From the human T2T-CHM13v2.0 reference genome, Homo sapiens: a DNA stretch of 64,000 nucleotides. The notes under the pieces are model-generated. The model saw nothing but the letters and a program-made list of their open reading frames with translations. It was not told the DNA's origin and did no database searches. The stretch lies in NCBI RefSeq assembly GCF_009914755.1, contig NC_060937.1; one strand, 5' to 3'. The position numbers were made by a program, and so were the translations under genes. How positions within the stretch are numbered: position 1 is the stretch's first letter; every line of letters begins with the position of its first letter. Positions 12,875-28,305 of the stretch are shown piece by piece.

Positions 12875-14200
12875 GTTCTTGGAACCTCTGGTGCAGCCAT
12901 CGTGAAGTAAGTCCATTACAGTCTATCTCTCCTACTATGACTAAAGTCTTTATTCAAAGTACAAAAAGCAACTACTTGAGGACTCTGAAAAATAAACAAA
13001 AGCAGGTACATTGGGGAAGGATGTCAAGGCATTTAAAAATGATTTATATGTAAGTTAATTTCCCTTTTATTTTCTCTTTTTTCTATCATGGACTTGAGCC
13101 AAGACAGGCTTCCAGTGAACCTGACACAACATCACTATGGGCATCTAACATGTTGAGATAATTCTGTCTTTATCTCTAGAAGGCTAAGATATAGGCCTCT
13201 ATGAGCAAGAGAACATGAGGGGAATCATCCTTTATTTTTTTCTCTCATGGCTTGATAAGAGTGGAAATGATACTTCCAGTGGTGTCCATATTGTGGGCAG
13301 TGCTATAAAGCTTAAACTCCAATAGAAACCATATCCTTCTGGCTTGATGAATAGGTTATAGGGGACTCTTCAATCAGGAGAGTATTAGGATGAGTCCCAT
13401 TTTCTGTCTTTGTTCTTGCCTGAGATGGCCACAATCATTGGAGTTATTCAGTATGCAAAGGCAGCAAGGAATTTAGCCCCAAGTTAAATTCCATATTTTT
13501 GGCCTGAAGATCAGGGAAAGAGGTCCCTTCCAACTGAAAAGTGTGGGGGAAATCCTGGAGATGAGAGATTTGGAGAAAGGAGTCCCCTAATTCTGCGAAT
13601 AAACAAGTTTAGCTTCTGGGTTTACTCTCGAAGTGTACTTGTGCAGGATAGATCCAAAAGTGCACAGCAAAAGTTTTGATAGTGGAACCTCAATTTTAAA
13701 ATATCACCTAGGTCTTACACTAACCTCTGAGTGGTACATGCTCACAGTGGACCCCAAATGGCATATCAAAGGCTTCGCTAATTGAACTGACATTGGAACA
13801 ATCATTTCCATAAAGTGAGACAGAAATTGCAATCTGAACCTAACTTGGTGAATGCCAAGCAAACCACCACAACCACCAAAAAAAAAAAAAAAAAAGTATA
13901 TTTTCCTGAGGATTTTAATAGAACCTAGAATGTAAACAACATATTTAAAATGTCTAGGTTGCAATACAAAAGTATTCAATTTACAAAGTACTCAAAAATT
14001 GTGACAAATTCCAAAGGGAAAGATTATCAATAAGTGCCAATCTTGAGATGATCCAGATGTTAGAATTATCAAAGACTTTAAAGCATCTATTATAAGTATG
14101 TTCCATCAGATAAAGGCAAACATTCTTGAGTAGAAATATGAAAGTTATCAATAGAGAAATAGAAATCATAAGTAAAAAATATTGCAACTATCTGAAATAA
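12875..14200 (+). mobile_element. Old L1M (L1ME-type) 5' UTR and start of ORF1
   Basis: AAAAGCAACTACTTGAGGACTCTGAAAAATAAACAAAAGCAGG and GAGATGATCCAGATGTTAGAATTATCAAAGACTTTAAAGCATCTATTATAAGTATGTTC are typical of ancient L1 5' ends. Confidence 0.7.
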
Positions 14201-14399
14201 ATCTTATAACTTATTTTTTTAAATTCTCACAATTTGCCTTCTACTGTGCAACTCCTCTCACATTTTCAATCTGAATCTGGTAGATCCTTCTCTGTCCTCC
14301 TCACTGTTTTTTCTTCTTCCACCAAGATCTCATTTTTGTCATTGATTTCTTCTCATTTTACTACATATTTTCATATGTAAGCTTATACACAACTTATCT

Positions 14400-15520
14400 A
14401 CTCCTACTATCTTTTTCTCTATACCTACCATTCATTCTTTATACTATGGCTTTTATGCTTTTGCTTCCAACAATCCACAGAAGTTGCTCTAATTCAGTTG
14501 GTCAGTGAAACTCTTTATGGCTAAAGGCAATGGACAATTTTTAGTTCACATTATTAATATTCTTTTCTGAATATGTTTCTGGTGGCCACAGTACTGGGTA
14601 GAATTAGATGTTCAATACGTTTATTATTTAAATTAGTGAATGGCTACTCCCTTAGCTCCCATGTAAACAAAATTTTCTTTTTAAGAAATGAAAATCCTTT
14701 TGGCCATTTTTCTACATTTCCCATATGGGTTCCTCTTGCTTTCCCCACCCATTAATTGTTGGTGTTCACCAGAGTTTTATCATCAGCCTACTGGTCTTCC
14801 TTTTCAACACAATCTCCTGAATATTACTTACTCTCCTAATTTGGCTTAAAGGCTATATGCTATTGACATTTAAATTATTTATCTGTAGGTCTAAAAATTT
14901 TCAAATCCTCATTTGAGTATTTCCACTTAAAAGTCTTAAAAATACACCACTAACACCCCTAAACCTGATTCTCTTTTTGCATTATAAAATACACAGTTTG
15001 TGGTACTATCATGCTCCTGAGACCCTAGGAAAAAACTTGATAAAATCATCCCTCTTTCTTACCCTGGCCCTATCTTGTCACATAGATTTGCTGGTTTTAC
15101 TTCCTAAGTATTTCTCAAGTCACTGTTTCTGTCTGTTGTACTCTTATTGTTTAATTCAATCTTAATCCATTTCTGACCTACAAAATTGCAATATACCCCT
15201 ACTATGAGCTTCCTTTCTTTTTCCCCTACAATTCCAAACAGTTCCTATGTAGAGTTCTTAGCAATAGAAATATGATTATCTATTATTTTCTTCAAACTTA
15301 TAATTAGCTGCTACTCTCTATGAAATAATTCCTAGCTCTGTGTTATTTCCTCTCTGGCAGTCCTTCCAGGCTCCTTTCTTGCCACTCCCTGCCTCACGTT
15401 TTAAACTCTAACAGTAGTAAACTACTTATAATTATCCAAAATAACCCTGTGGTTATGATTTCATAAACATTTGTTTTATATCTGTTGTCTGTAATAGTCT
15501 TCCCCCATCCTGCCTCTACA
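14400..15520 (+). mobile_element. L2 internal fragments
   Basis: L2-like segments such as CAATCCACAGAAGTTGCTCTAATT ... GCTAAAGGCAATGGACAATTTTTAGTTC and CTGTAATAGTCTTCCCCATCC. Confidence 0.5.
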
Positions 15521-15529
15521 AATAATAAT

Positions 15530-15770
15530 TATAATAGTTGATGTTTATTGAGCACTTACTATGTCTAGCAATAGCTTTGTCTTGATAGGGACCCTTGCAT
15601 TTAATCCTCAGAACTACGTTGAGATAGGTATTGTAGAACTACTATAATCACCATTTTAGAGATGAGAAAACCAAGGAACAGAAAAGTTTAAGTGACTTAC
15701 AAAAGAAAATAATAAGCCCAAAACCTAAACCAGACATTATAACTCCAGAAACTGCAAATTACCATACTTT
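15530..15770 (-). mobile_element. MIR SINE
   Basis: TTTATTGAGCACTTACTATGT ... TTTAATCCTCAGAACTAC ... CCATTTTAGAGATGAGAAAACCAAGG. Confidence 0.8.
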
Positions 15771-15845
15771 ATAGTATCCAAAGATCTTCTATCCAACTTT
15801 CCACACTCAGCTCAGAAATCACCTTTAAGAAAACATCTTTGAATA

Positions 15846-16430
<585 letters not shown>

Positions 16431-16873
16431 GCTGTTAGCCCAGACCTCTGTGCTTTTAGACATCTACTGGACGCCACTGTTTAAATCCGCCCATCAGTAC
16501 TTAAGGACTTGGATAAAATTAAATTCCTATATTTTCCTTTCTATTGCTCAAGATTGTCCTTGACTCTGCCATTCCTTTCTTGAATAATATACTAATGTCT
16601 TTACAATTAACCAAATCAGAAGTCTAGGAAGCATCAAAGACTTTTGTATTGTGCCCAGTAACTAATTGGTCATCAAGTGCTTTAAGTTCTATCCTCTCTA
16701 TATCTCTTAAGTCTTTCCTCTTTCCCATAATCCCATTGCTTCTGGTGCTTCCCTCCAACTCAGAAATTATTTTGAGACATTGCCTCTCCTCACATGCATA
16801 TCATTACCTCTTTCCTCATCACTGGCCTGCAAGATTCTTGAGAAAAAGGATAATCTTTTCATCTTTGTACTTC

Positions 16874-16920
16874 TAAGTCATGCGTGTGTCCTCTTGAGTC
16901 ATGAGTAAAGACGTGAGTCA
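16874..16920. promoter_or_regulatory. AP-1 motif cluster
   Basis: TGAGTCA at 16895 and 16914, and near-sites TAAGTCA (16874) and TGAGTAA (16902), all within 47 bp. Confidence 0.4.
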
Positions 16921-17004
16921 AGCAGCTCATCTCATTGGCTGGTAGCTATTAACTTATACTCTGAAATAATCTAAAGAGAAAATTTCTCTCACAAAGGATT
17001 ATAC

Positions 17005-17342
17005 CTATAATAACCCCCAGAATTGTTCATAAATATTACAGTTCTTCTCTCTTTTCAGGTGTATTGTAGGATTACACTTCCTTACCCATTTCAAAGTTAG
17101 GTGGGCATGACTTGATTCAGTTAATGAAATAGAAAGGATTGGATGACCTCTGGACAGAAGCTTTAAAAAATAGTTCATAATTTGACCCATCCCCTTCCTC
17201 TTGCTGCAGTGATTAAGGAAGGATGTGTGAATGAAAAATTTGTCATATAAAATGTGAGAAATAAACTTTTGTTATATTAAGGCACTGATGTCTTAGGATT
17301 ATTTGTTACTGCAACATAACTTAGCCTATCCTAACCAGTATA
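17005..17342 (+). mobile_element. MLT1 (MLT1I/J-like) MaLR solo LTR
   Basis: 3' end GAGAAATAAACTTTTGTTATATTAAGGCACTGATG ... TTTGTTACTGCAACATAACTTAGCCTATCCTAACCAGTATA is typical of MLT1. Confidence 0.75.
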
Positions 17343-17884
17343 ATGTCCTTGGGTACTGGTATTATTTCTTTTCTAGAAGAGTGATGTTCAGGGCAAATCA
17401 TGCTGCATGTCCCTTTCTTGTCCCACGGACATTTTTATCTAAATGAATTCAGGTTAAAATTAGCATCAAGGGAAGCCTTGAAATGGAATTCAAAGTCCCA
17501 ATTTGGCGATATTCAACATAAGAATTATGTGTGGAATGAAAAGGGTAATCATATTTGCTTTGAAGGATAATTATGAGCTAATTGTGTGCAAGAATAATGT
17601 AACCACTTTTATTCATAACTCTTCTTTTCTCTCTGCTGAGTGTGTAGCACACAGGCTGATCCAGTCAGGGATAATATACCTTCTGGAAGACTTGTAGAGT
17701 GATCAAAAGGATACATGCCACAGATATTTTATTGGGGTTTCATAAGTAAGACATTAAGTAAAAAGTTTATCCCCCAAATAACTCAATATGGGAAACATGA
17801 TAGCATTATAATTATGCTTACTATGCATTTAGAGTTTGCAATGAACCACTAATTGTATACAGTCTATATCCTGCGAGAAAGCTA

Positions 17885-18000
17885 TATAGGTATTTTACAT
17901 GTATATGTGTGTGTGTGTGTATATATGTGTGTGTGTATATTTATACAGACATGTATTTTATATATAATTTATACATATATTTATACAGACATGTATTTTT
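17885..18000. repeat. (TG)n/(TA)n simple repeat with a 23-bp duplication
   Basis: TG/TA runs, and ATATTTATACAGACATGTATTTT repeated at 40-bp spacing. Confidence 0.8.
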
Positions 18001-18728
18001 GATCATCAGTTCCTCCTTGCTAGAAAAAGTAGGAAGTTGACTCTGAGTCACCCTTCATTAACCACAATGCTCACCTTTCCTCTGCAAGGAACCAAATGTC
18101 AAATAATCCCAGCGATTTAAGGCATTTCTAAAAGTCATTATAAGCTCACTTGTCATTTTCTAAATTTCTTCTGATGCACATGTTCAGCGTCCTGGAGCTT
18201 CTTTTTCTTTTATATTTTCTATTATTATTATTATCCGTCATATCAACACTGTCCATTTCTTTTTTCTTTTTTTTTTTTTGGTCTATTATTCCTTAATTCC
18301 TGTTTTTACTTAGAGGATTGAACTATTTTTCTCCCCTAAGAAAACTGCCATTGATCAGAAAACAGTTGGCTTTTGGCTTCAGTTCAAATGACCTCTTTCC
18401 CTCAGGAAGCAAACCAAACTTTGTAGGGTCCTTTATGTTTGGGAATCACGGAACACACCAGCTCTAGTGACACCTCCCTCATTAAGCCTCTCTTTATTCC
18501 CTGGGACAAAACTACCTCCTTACATTAGACAGTACTTTGTTCTGTTTTCTATAATAATACCACACTGCTGTACTGTGACCTGCCCTCTTAAAGGTCTTTC
18601 TCCTACACAAGACATGAAACTCCCTAAGGGCAGAAAATGTGTTTTTTCCATCTTTCCACCTCTGGTTGTTCAGAGTCTCATGCATTATTTTTAGAATAGA
18701 GCCCGTTAAGTCACACTCAACATTATAG

Positions 18729-19035
18729 AACAGAAGTCTCAAATTGCAGTCTTTGGGACCAGCAGGCATATTCTGTTCAACCCACGAAAAATTGCCCAGC
18801 ACAGGGCTTTAATATTTTCAAATAATTGCCAAATTTAAGAATTGACAGACTTATCATTTTTCGAAATCCAGAATCCTAGCTCAATATTTAACAAACAAAC
18901 AGAACAGCAATTAGGAGATTAGGCAACGCTGAGTTCACCTTTCAACATGGAAGCAGCTGCTGGAGCTTAGTAATGGCCGCCATCTTTGAAATGGACACCA
19001 TGGGTCCAGTTCTCATTAGTTTACCACAGTTTGCC
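18729..19035. mobile_element. MER102-like hAT-Charlie element
   Basis: TTGCCAAATTTAAGAATTGACAGACTTATC ... AAATCCAGAATCCTAGCT ... GATTAGGCAACGCTGAG ... GCTGGAGCTTAGTAATGGCCGCC resembles the MER102 family. Confidence 0.5.
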
Positions 19036-19699
19036 ACAAATGGCATGTACAGCTCATAAGCCATCAGAATAGCACCTAAACATGATGGCCTCTTGGGAAC
19101 AATTTTCAGGTGAGTGGTTTCAGGATGGAGCAGTCTTCTGATTTTCAGACCAAAGATGAAAATGAATGTTGACATAGCTGGACCCTCTGGCCAGGGAAGC
19201 CCTGAACTAGCTTCTTCTCGCCTCCAGGGTGAGGTAGCTTTGGTATGGCTGCTTCAAACCAGAGCATACTTTGCACCCTCTCTGCTACTCTGAAAAATCT
19301 ACTCAGAGTTCAGCTTAACTGTAAGGATTTAAATAACAAAAGAGCAAAGTGGTAACCTAGTCACTTTTTAATGCAGATGCCTTGTGAAGTCCAGGGTCTC
19401 AGTAAATTTTGGGGTATGACTCTGGAAAATTACTTACATTAAAGCCTTCAGTGTCTCAGTCTGCCTCTGTATCTTCTTCTCTTTTGTTCCTAACTCTTCT
19501 CTTTTCCCTCCCATGCTTCATAATTAAATGTATTTCTGCCCTATTCATGCAAATGATCTCCAGTAATTTTCTCATCATCCTAATATTCAATCTTATTCAC
19601 TTTTATTTTTTTATCTCTGCATGTTTCTTGTGTCTTAAGTGTGTGGAGTTAGAAAAAGTAAGACCACAACAAAAAAATCAACGCCTTTTTAAATTATGA

Positions 19700-20960
19700 A
19701 AGTAAAATAAATTTCTTATAGAATTTTCAAAAAAAAGTAACAGAAAATCAAAATGATCCAGTCCTCTCTCTAGCTTTTCTTTGTGATTATATGTTTCATA
19801 ACAGAAATCATGTTGCACACTCTTCTATTAACCTTATCTTATTATCATTTTTTCAAAATTATTTGAAAACATTATTTTTAGTTCAAATATAATATTCCAC
19901 ATATTAATGTATTTATTCCATGTATAAACATTGAAATTATATCTAGCTTATTTTTCATTTTATAAAAAAAAGTCTTTGCCCCAAAATGTAATTAATTCTC
20001 TGGAGTTTGTTTCTCAAAGTGAAATTACTGGCTCAAAAATTAAGAATATTAAAAATACATCTGACAACATGTATTGCCAAACAGCTTTTAGAAAGTCCAT
20101 TTCTGGCCTGGGGTGGTGGCTCACACCTGTAATCCCAGCACTTTGGGAGGCCAAGGCAGGAGGATCATCTGAGGTCATGAGTTCAAGACCAGTCAGGCCA
20201 ACGTGGTGAAACCCCGTCTCTACTACAAATACAAAAAAAAAAAATTAGCCAGGCGTGATGGTGCACACCTGTAGTCTCAGCTACTCAGGAGGCTGAGGCA
20301 AAAGAATCACTTGAACCTAGGAGGCAGAGGTTGCAGTGAGCCGAGATCACACCACTGCACTCCAGCCTGGGAGACAGAGCAAGACTCCATCTCAAAACAA
20401 ATAACAATAACAGAAAAGAAAGTCTATTTATGTTGCATTCTTATCTGCTGAACATTAGAACACAGGGCTGTCCCACGTTCATTATGAAATTGAAAAATCT
20501 TTAATAACAAGTAATTGAAAAAATCATTTTAACTTTATTTGATTACTACTGAGTAATTTTTATATCTTTATTGTCCATTATATTAACTATTTTGTTTCTT
20601 AATTGTTAATAGTTGTTGCCTACTTTTCTATTGGCACATTGAGGATTTTCTAACTAGCCTCAAATATTTCTTATTCATTTAGGATGGTAGTTCTGTGTCT
20701 GTTACATTCACTGCAAGTATTTCTCCCAATTTGCCAACGGTCTTTTTATTTTTTATGACTCTTTTACATACAAGAGTTAATTTTTTTCACTTAAAATATC
20801 TATTTTCCTTTTCCTTCCTTTTGTGCTTAAAAGTCCTTTACATACTTGAGATCAATTAAATAGTCACTGTATTTTCTTAGCTTGTTTTGGTTTCAGGTTT
20901 TACATTTAAGTCACCAATTTATTTTATACTTATTGTGGCTCATAGTGCCAGTTGAGTATT
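19700..20960 (-). mobile_element. Old L1M 3' region, interrupted by an Alu
   Basis: GTGAAATTACTGGCTCAAA ... TATTGCCAAACAGCTTTTAGAAAG and TGCAAGTATTTCTCCCAATTTG are antisense L1 ORF2/3' UTR motifs. Confidence 0.6.
20105..20416 (+). mobile_element. AluS (Sx/Sz-like), full length
   Basis: Complete dimer. TSD AGAAAGTCCATTTCT (20090-20104) / AGAAAGTCTATTTAT (20417-20431). Confidence 0.95.
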
Positions 20961-21341
20961 AACTAAAATGATTTCATCTGTAAAAGGAAAGGCTAACTGA
21001 GAGTAAAATAAGGAGGGACCTCAAACAGTAGAGGGAGTATCACACGAGTGAAGTTCCATCTCCTCACCTGCAAACCAAAAGATACGACTACCTGACAGTG
21101 GGGAAGAAATGAGACTTCATAAAATGCTTCACATAATAGTGAGTGACATAAAAGGACACTGAGGTCTTTCCAAACAATTGTTTTTAAACATCATTTGGTA
21201 TGTGATACTTTCTTATTAGAAAAGAAGTTATCCTAGGTCTGCTGAAAGACTATATCTTCAATTTGCTGATTTTTCTGTAATTCTTCCTCCACTGCTGCAG
21301 TTTTATTAGTCTGTTTTATAACAAGTAAAAGAAGTCCCCTG

Positions 21342-21569
<228 letters not shown>

Positions 21570-21744
21570 TTATTTTTTGAAGTGTTCTTAATTATTTGTT
21601 TTATTCTTTTGAATGAATTTAATACTTGTATTATCTCCCTCCACTCCAAACCCACTGGGATCTTTGTTGTAATTTCCTTAAATCTAAAAATTAAATTGTA
21701 AAGATGTGCCATCCTTATCATATTGATTTACCCATAAGGAAAGA

Positions 21745-22325
<581 letters not shown>

Positions 22326-25300
22326 CCAAATTCTCCTTTCTGTATCTACTTTGTCTTCCTCATTTTTCACGTACATAATTGATTATATTATACTACTAAG
22401 AAGTTTAAATTTAATTGATTTGAATTATTATACTTTATTAAGGAAACAGCATAAGGGCTCTCCTGACTTTTGTTGCAAGCCAGCCTTCTTTATCACACCC
22501 TCAACAACATCTCCACAAAAAGAAATCTACAACTTCTGATGTAGACTCTGGAGCTAAATAGAAAATCAAAATCTATAAGACACAGGGAAGAGAGAAGAGG
22601 GAGCAGAAGGAAAGTTTCAAGATTTATTTCTACCACCTACGTTTAATTTCATGGAACCTGAGAGCTTATTTGTTCGCTTTAACATTATTTAGCACCTACT
22701 GTATACTGGCATGAGAATCCTGAGGCTTTATCGTTTATCTGTTAGACCTACTATGGTGTTATTCAGTTGGAGAGGAGGAAAACCTCCTGGTTCCTAAAGC
22801 ACCCAGGCTATGTCAGGGAGGAGTGGAGCACTGTCTCCACTTGGCCCCTATAGAAGTAAATCTTCACTTCACCACTTATCCTTGAGCAGAAGAGGACTGT
22901 AGTTGATGATTCACATGAGAGGATGACAATTCAATCTCAATTAGCGTAGATTCTTGAAACATTTCCAGGTTGAAGTAGCTATTCTCAGCCCTCCATAGGC
23001 TGGACTGTCCTCCCCAGAGGACTTCTTAGAATTCAATTCTGGCCCATGAGACCAACACCAGATCTAAGCCTAGCTGGGTGTACCTGAAGCCTCAGCATGC
23101 CCCAATGTAACATGCAGGCGTTTAGCCATATGGTGTCCCCTGAGCTTGCCGTTCTCTGATTTATGCCAGAATGGGCATATGCTGGGATATTTCAGGACCC
23201 TGAGGGGAGAGTCAAAATGTCACACAGCCAGTATGAGGTTAAGCTTCCATTTCTGTGGTTTATGGCTTAAGTAGAAATGGAACCGGAGGGGACAAAAAAA
23301 TGCCATTATTGATTCTAAAGCCTAGAAGGTTGAGGTTAGGGCATATAAGATAAAACGTTTAGGTTCTCTGAGGTGTGACCTATTTATACCTGTAAAATAG
23401 CCTTTAAAAATGTCCAACAAGGAAAAAGATGTATATTTGTATATATTACCCACTTGGCTTCACTTAAGCCTACTTTCTTCATATTCTGTAAAGAGAAATA
23501 TCTAGAATCTGGTTTTTAAGTGGTGCCTTTTTTTTAAGGGGGACTTAGTAGGGAAGGGTGCTCATAGGAATGAGTCATCGCTTCAGGATTTATGCTTATT
23601 AAAAAGTAAATATAGACTTTTCTCTGTGTTGCTATTTGAACTCCCCATGACTAAGTGATGGTTTAGTTCAACCAATGTTAGATGCCGCCTATACGTAGGG
23701 GCTAAGTATGCTTCCCAGTTGGAGAGGGTTGCCCTCCCAATAAGCATTCTGACAGGCATATTGGACTAAGGACAGAGGACATCATGTGGGGGCAGGAAGG
23801 CTGCCAGATGGCAGAGGCAGAAGGAGAGAATGCATAGAAGGCCAAGTGAAAGGAACAATTTACAGGGAACTCCCCCATTTGTGGAGAGGTGTGAGCATGG
23901 AAGCATGGAGGGATAATGTGGAAGGGAGCTGTCCCAAATATTGGAAAACAGGAGGTCCATTTTCAATCTAGACCTTCCACCTAAATGAACAAGAAATAAT
24001 AAATACAAGAATTCACATCAGGGAAATTGGTTTTATTCACAATTGAAGGGTAACTAATTTTAAAGAGTTTACTTGGTGGCCATGAGAAGTGTACGTTTTG
24101 GGTATAAAAATGATGCCAATTGCCAGCACTCACAGGTTGTGATGAAATGTTGCCAACTTTTTTACACACTGTTCATTTTTACCATTAAGGCCTCTCATGA
24201 ATCTTAATAAATCCAGTTTCATAAAATACAAAGGCATGCTCTCTTTTCTCTTAAAGAAAGAAAAATACTAGTGAATTCATGGCCTTTTCTTTATAATGGA
24301 ACCTGCAATATAAATCTAATGTTTAACGCATCAGAAATTTATAATTTCCTTTTGAATTATATGAATGCACACCACTCAATACTAGTAATTCATTTTGTTA
24401 GTTTTGATCAAAGAGTTAATTACTATTTGAATGAAACTCTACTAATGAATGAATATAAAATTAAGATCTTCTCATGATGGCAATCGGTTACAAATAAGAC
24501 ATAAGAAAGATGCAAATCATGAGGCTCCATTTAGGTTTCATGAACCAAGTGCTTCTAACAGGAAGATAAATACAGAGCAATATTCAAGTCCTCTGAAGCT
24601 TAAACCAAAACAATATTAATTGTATAGGTGGGGAGGGGAGAGGGGATAAAAAGAAAATGGAAACAAGCAAAGAGTTCTCAGTTTTCAGGCATAGGAAGAG
24701 GTTTGTTTATATGTAGTTGAGGACAGACACAAATGCATAAATGAATGTATATAGTGCAATCAGCAGTTATCACAAATCTGCTTGGATTCAACAGTAGAGC
24801 TGACAGAACTTGGTCAATGTTAAGACTGTGCCACCTTCTGGTTGTCATGTGTATGACAGGTGTTCATATTGTTTACAGACTAGCATTTCTGTATTATGCA
24901 AAACTTATATTGAAGGGAAACAGCAGATCCATTCCTGGTGCTGTTCACTTTCTCCCCTGGGGACTGTATTGGAATGAGAACACGATCCATAAATGTACTC
25001 CAGTGACTGCTTTGCTTGAAAATCTGAGTTTGCTTTTTAAGCTTGATCAACTGTAATGGTATATGATAGTCCAGACACAAGCTCAGACAGCACTGCAGTT
25101 GTGAAAGCAGGAGATTTGGTTGCTTGTCTTTTCCCTGGTTGCCACTTTCTGAATTTCTTAGAGCCAGAGAAATGGAGCTCCAGCAACCGAAACAAGGCCT
25201 CTGTCAATCAAATAAATCAGATGGGGGAATATACTGTTGTGTCTGCAAAGCTGCAAAATAATAAATACACGTGTAGCCTAATTTCTGTGCAACTGTTAAC

Positions 25301-25788
25301 ATGCAATTGGGGCCAAAAGATGATTTGAGGGATTATGTTATGCTTAAATTCCTCCACAGTCTCAGTCGGATCAATTATGGGATCACGGCTTTTGGAGTCC
25401 TGGCTGGATGCTAACATACCTTTGCCACCAAGCTGAGCATCCTAGCTGAAGGACTTCTAGAGGATCCATGACCACTCATTTCATAAATGTATCTGCTGTA
25501 ATTTGTATTTGAAACACTGGAGTTTGAAAAGGTAGTCCCAAAGGAAAGGTATTGTTTTTTTCATGTGCATTGCTTAGGGGTTTGTGTCTTAAAATTAGCC
25601 CTGGAAACCTTAAAATCCTATAATATTTTAAATGTGTCTAAAGAGGCAAGTAGATTTACAGAGACAGAGTAATCTTAATTGAGTAATTGTTCTTTACACT
25701 TTATCATTGTAGCCTGCTAAGTTTCTTGGGTAGGGTAGGTGGCCCTCTCCCACACTACCTTCTCCCTCTTCCCCTATTCCATCTGACG

Positions 25789-25813
25789 CCCACACTGCCC
25801 ACCCTCTGCACCC
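25789..25813 (-). other. Canonical G-quadruplex motif
   Basis: Minus strand reads GGG TGCAGA GGG T GGG CAGTGT GGG: four G3 runs with loops of 6, 1 and 6 nt. Confidence 0.6.
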
Positions 25814-26331
25814 ACACATACACTCTCAGCCCTGAAAACAAACAGAAAACCAAGAATACTTTTACCCACAGAAAGAAGTGGTACTTTACCGTAATGACCG
25901 AGATGATTTCTTCGACTTTCTATTTCACCTTGCCTATGATGATCGAAACAAACTTTTTGCAAATTCAGGCTTTTCTGAATCTGCAAATAAAGTGATCGAG
26001 AATGAAATAATCGGAAAAAAATCAAAATGCAGGTTTGCTTTAAAACACAAAATTCAGCTGCTGTTACTGTCCTACATTATCACCCTAAATTGATATTGGG
26101 ATTGGCTTTATGTAAAATTTGATTATGAAGAATAAAGTCTTCAAAGACAAGTTTTTTAAGAGTATCCTAATTTGTGATTACTTATCCTTCTTCATTGAAG
26201 GGTATACATGGCTGCTTTGCAGTGTTTACAAAACTAAAAGAACAACAAGATCAAAGTGTGAGGTTGGTAGGGATGTGAATATAAGATGCAAAGAAAACCA
26301 CTTGAAAATTGATTAAATATCAGTGAAATTT

Positions 26332-27580
<1,249 letters not shown>

Positions 27581-27844
27581 AAAATAATCAGTAAAAACAG
27601 GATGACACTGCCACATCTTTTGGCTCATAATGAGTACCTGTTCCTTTGCCAAATAACAGGTAACTAATTTTTTATTTAAAAAGCAAGTTGTTTTAGTCTT
27701 ATGCAGACTCAACTTGAAACACTGAAGACAGAATTGGGAAATCATGTCTTTTCAGAGTACCCTCTTTGCATATCCAGCTGTACATCAGTTCCTTTCCTGT
27801 TTGAGTCTCACATTTTCTCTTTTCTTTCCAGCACTTTATTCTTT

Positions 27845-28305
27845 TATTCAAAAATCTTTTATTGTGCCCCATTTGCAACCAGACCCTGTGAATTTCTGGG
27901 CATTCAAAGATAAGTCAGACTCAGCTCCCAGGCGAAAACATACATAGCTAATTCTAGGAGAGTATGTATGTTTCATAAGTGTAACAAAGGTAGAAAAACG
28001 GAGGGGGAAAAATAGGAGGAGTCTTGGCAAAGGAACAGAAGTATATTATGCAGGCAGAAGTTGGTGGGGAGATTGAAAACACTGGGGGGTAGCAGGTGGG
28101 CAGTTTATGGAGGGATCTCCCAGTGACCCACTATTGCTGGAGCACTGGGGCAGTGGTCAGGGATGCAACGGCAGAGGAGGTAGGCGCTATGTCAGAAACT
28201 GTTTGCCCAACTATAGAATTTGAATTCTGTTACTTGGTGATGGGAAACCGTGAAGGTTTTAAGCAAGACTGTGATGTGCTTAGGTTTATTAGAAGGTTCT
28301 ATGCT
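27845..28305 (-). mobile_element. L2 3' fragment
   Basis: TTCAAAAATCTTTTATTGTGCCCC ... GGTGATGGGAAACCGTGAAGGTTTTAAGCAAGACTGTGATGTG. Confidence 0.55.

Noticed and set aside
22750-23230. Possible ancient LTR
   Set aside because: The composition is suggestive, but I could not match termini, a TSD or a known consensus.
23800-23816. CTCF-like CTGCCAGATGGCAG
   Set aside because: One mismatch at a conserved core position and no supporting context, so it cannot be called from sequence alone.
25936-25978. C/D-box snoRNA-like ATGATGA ... CTGA
   Set aside because: The boxes are only about 40 nt apart and there is no terminal stem, which is too short for a canonical snoRNA.
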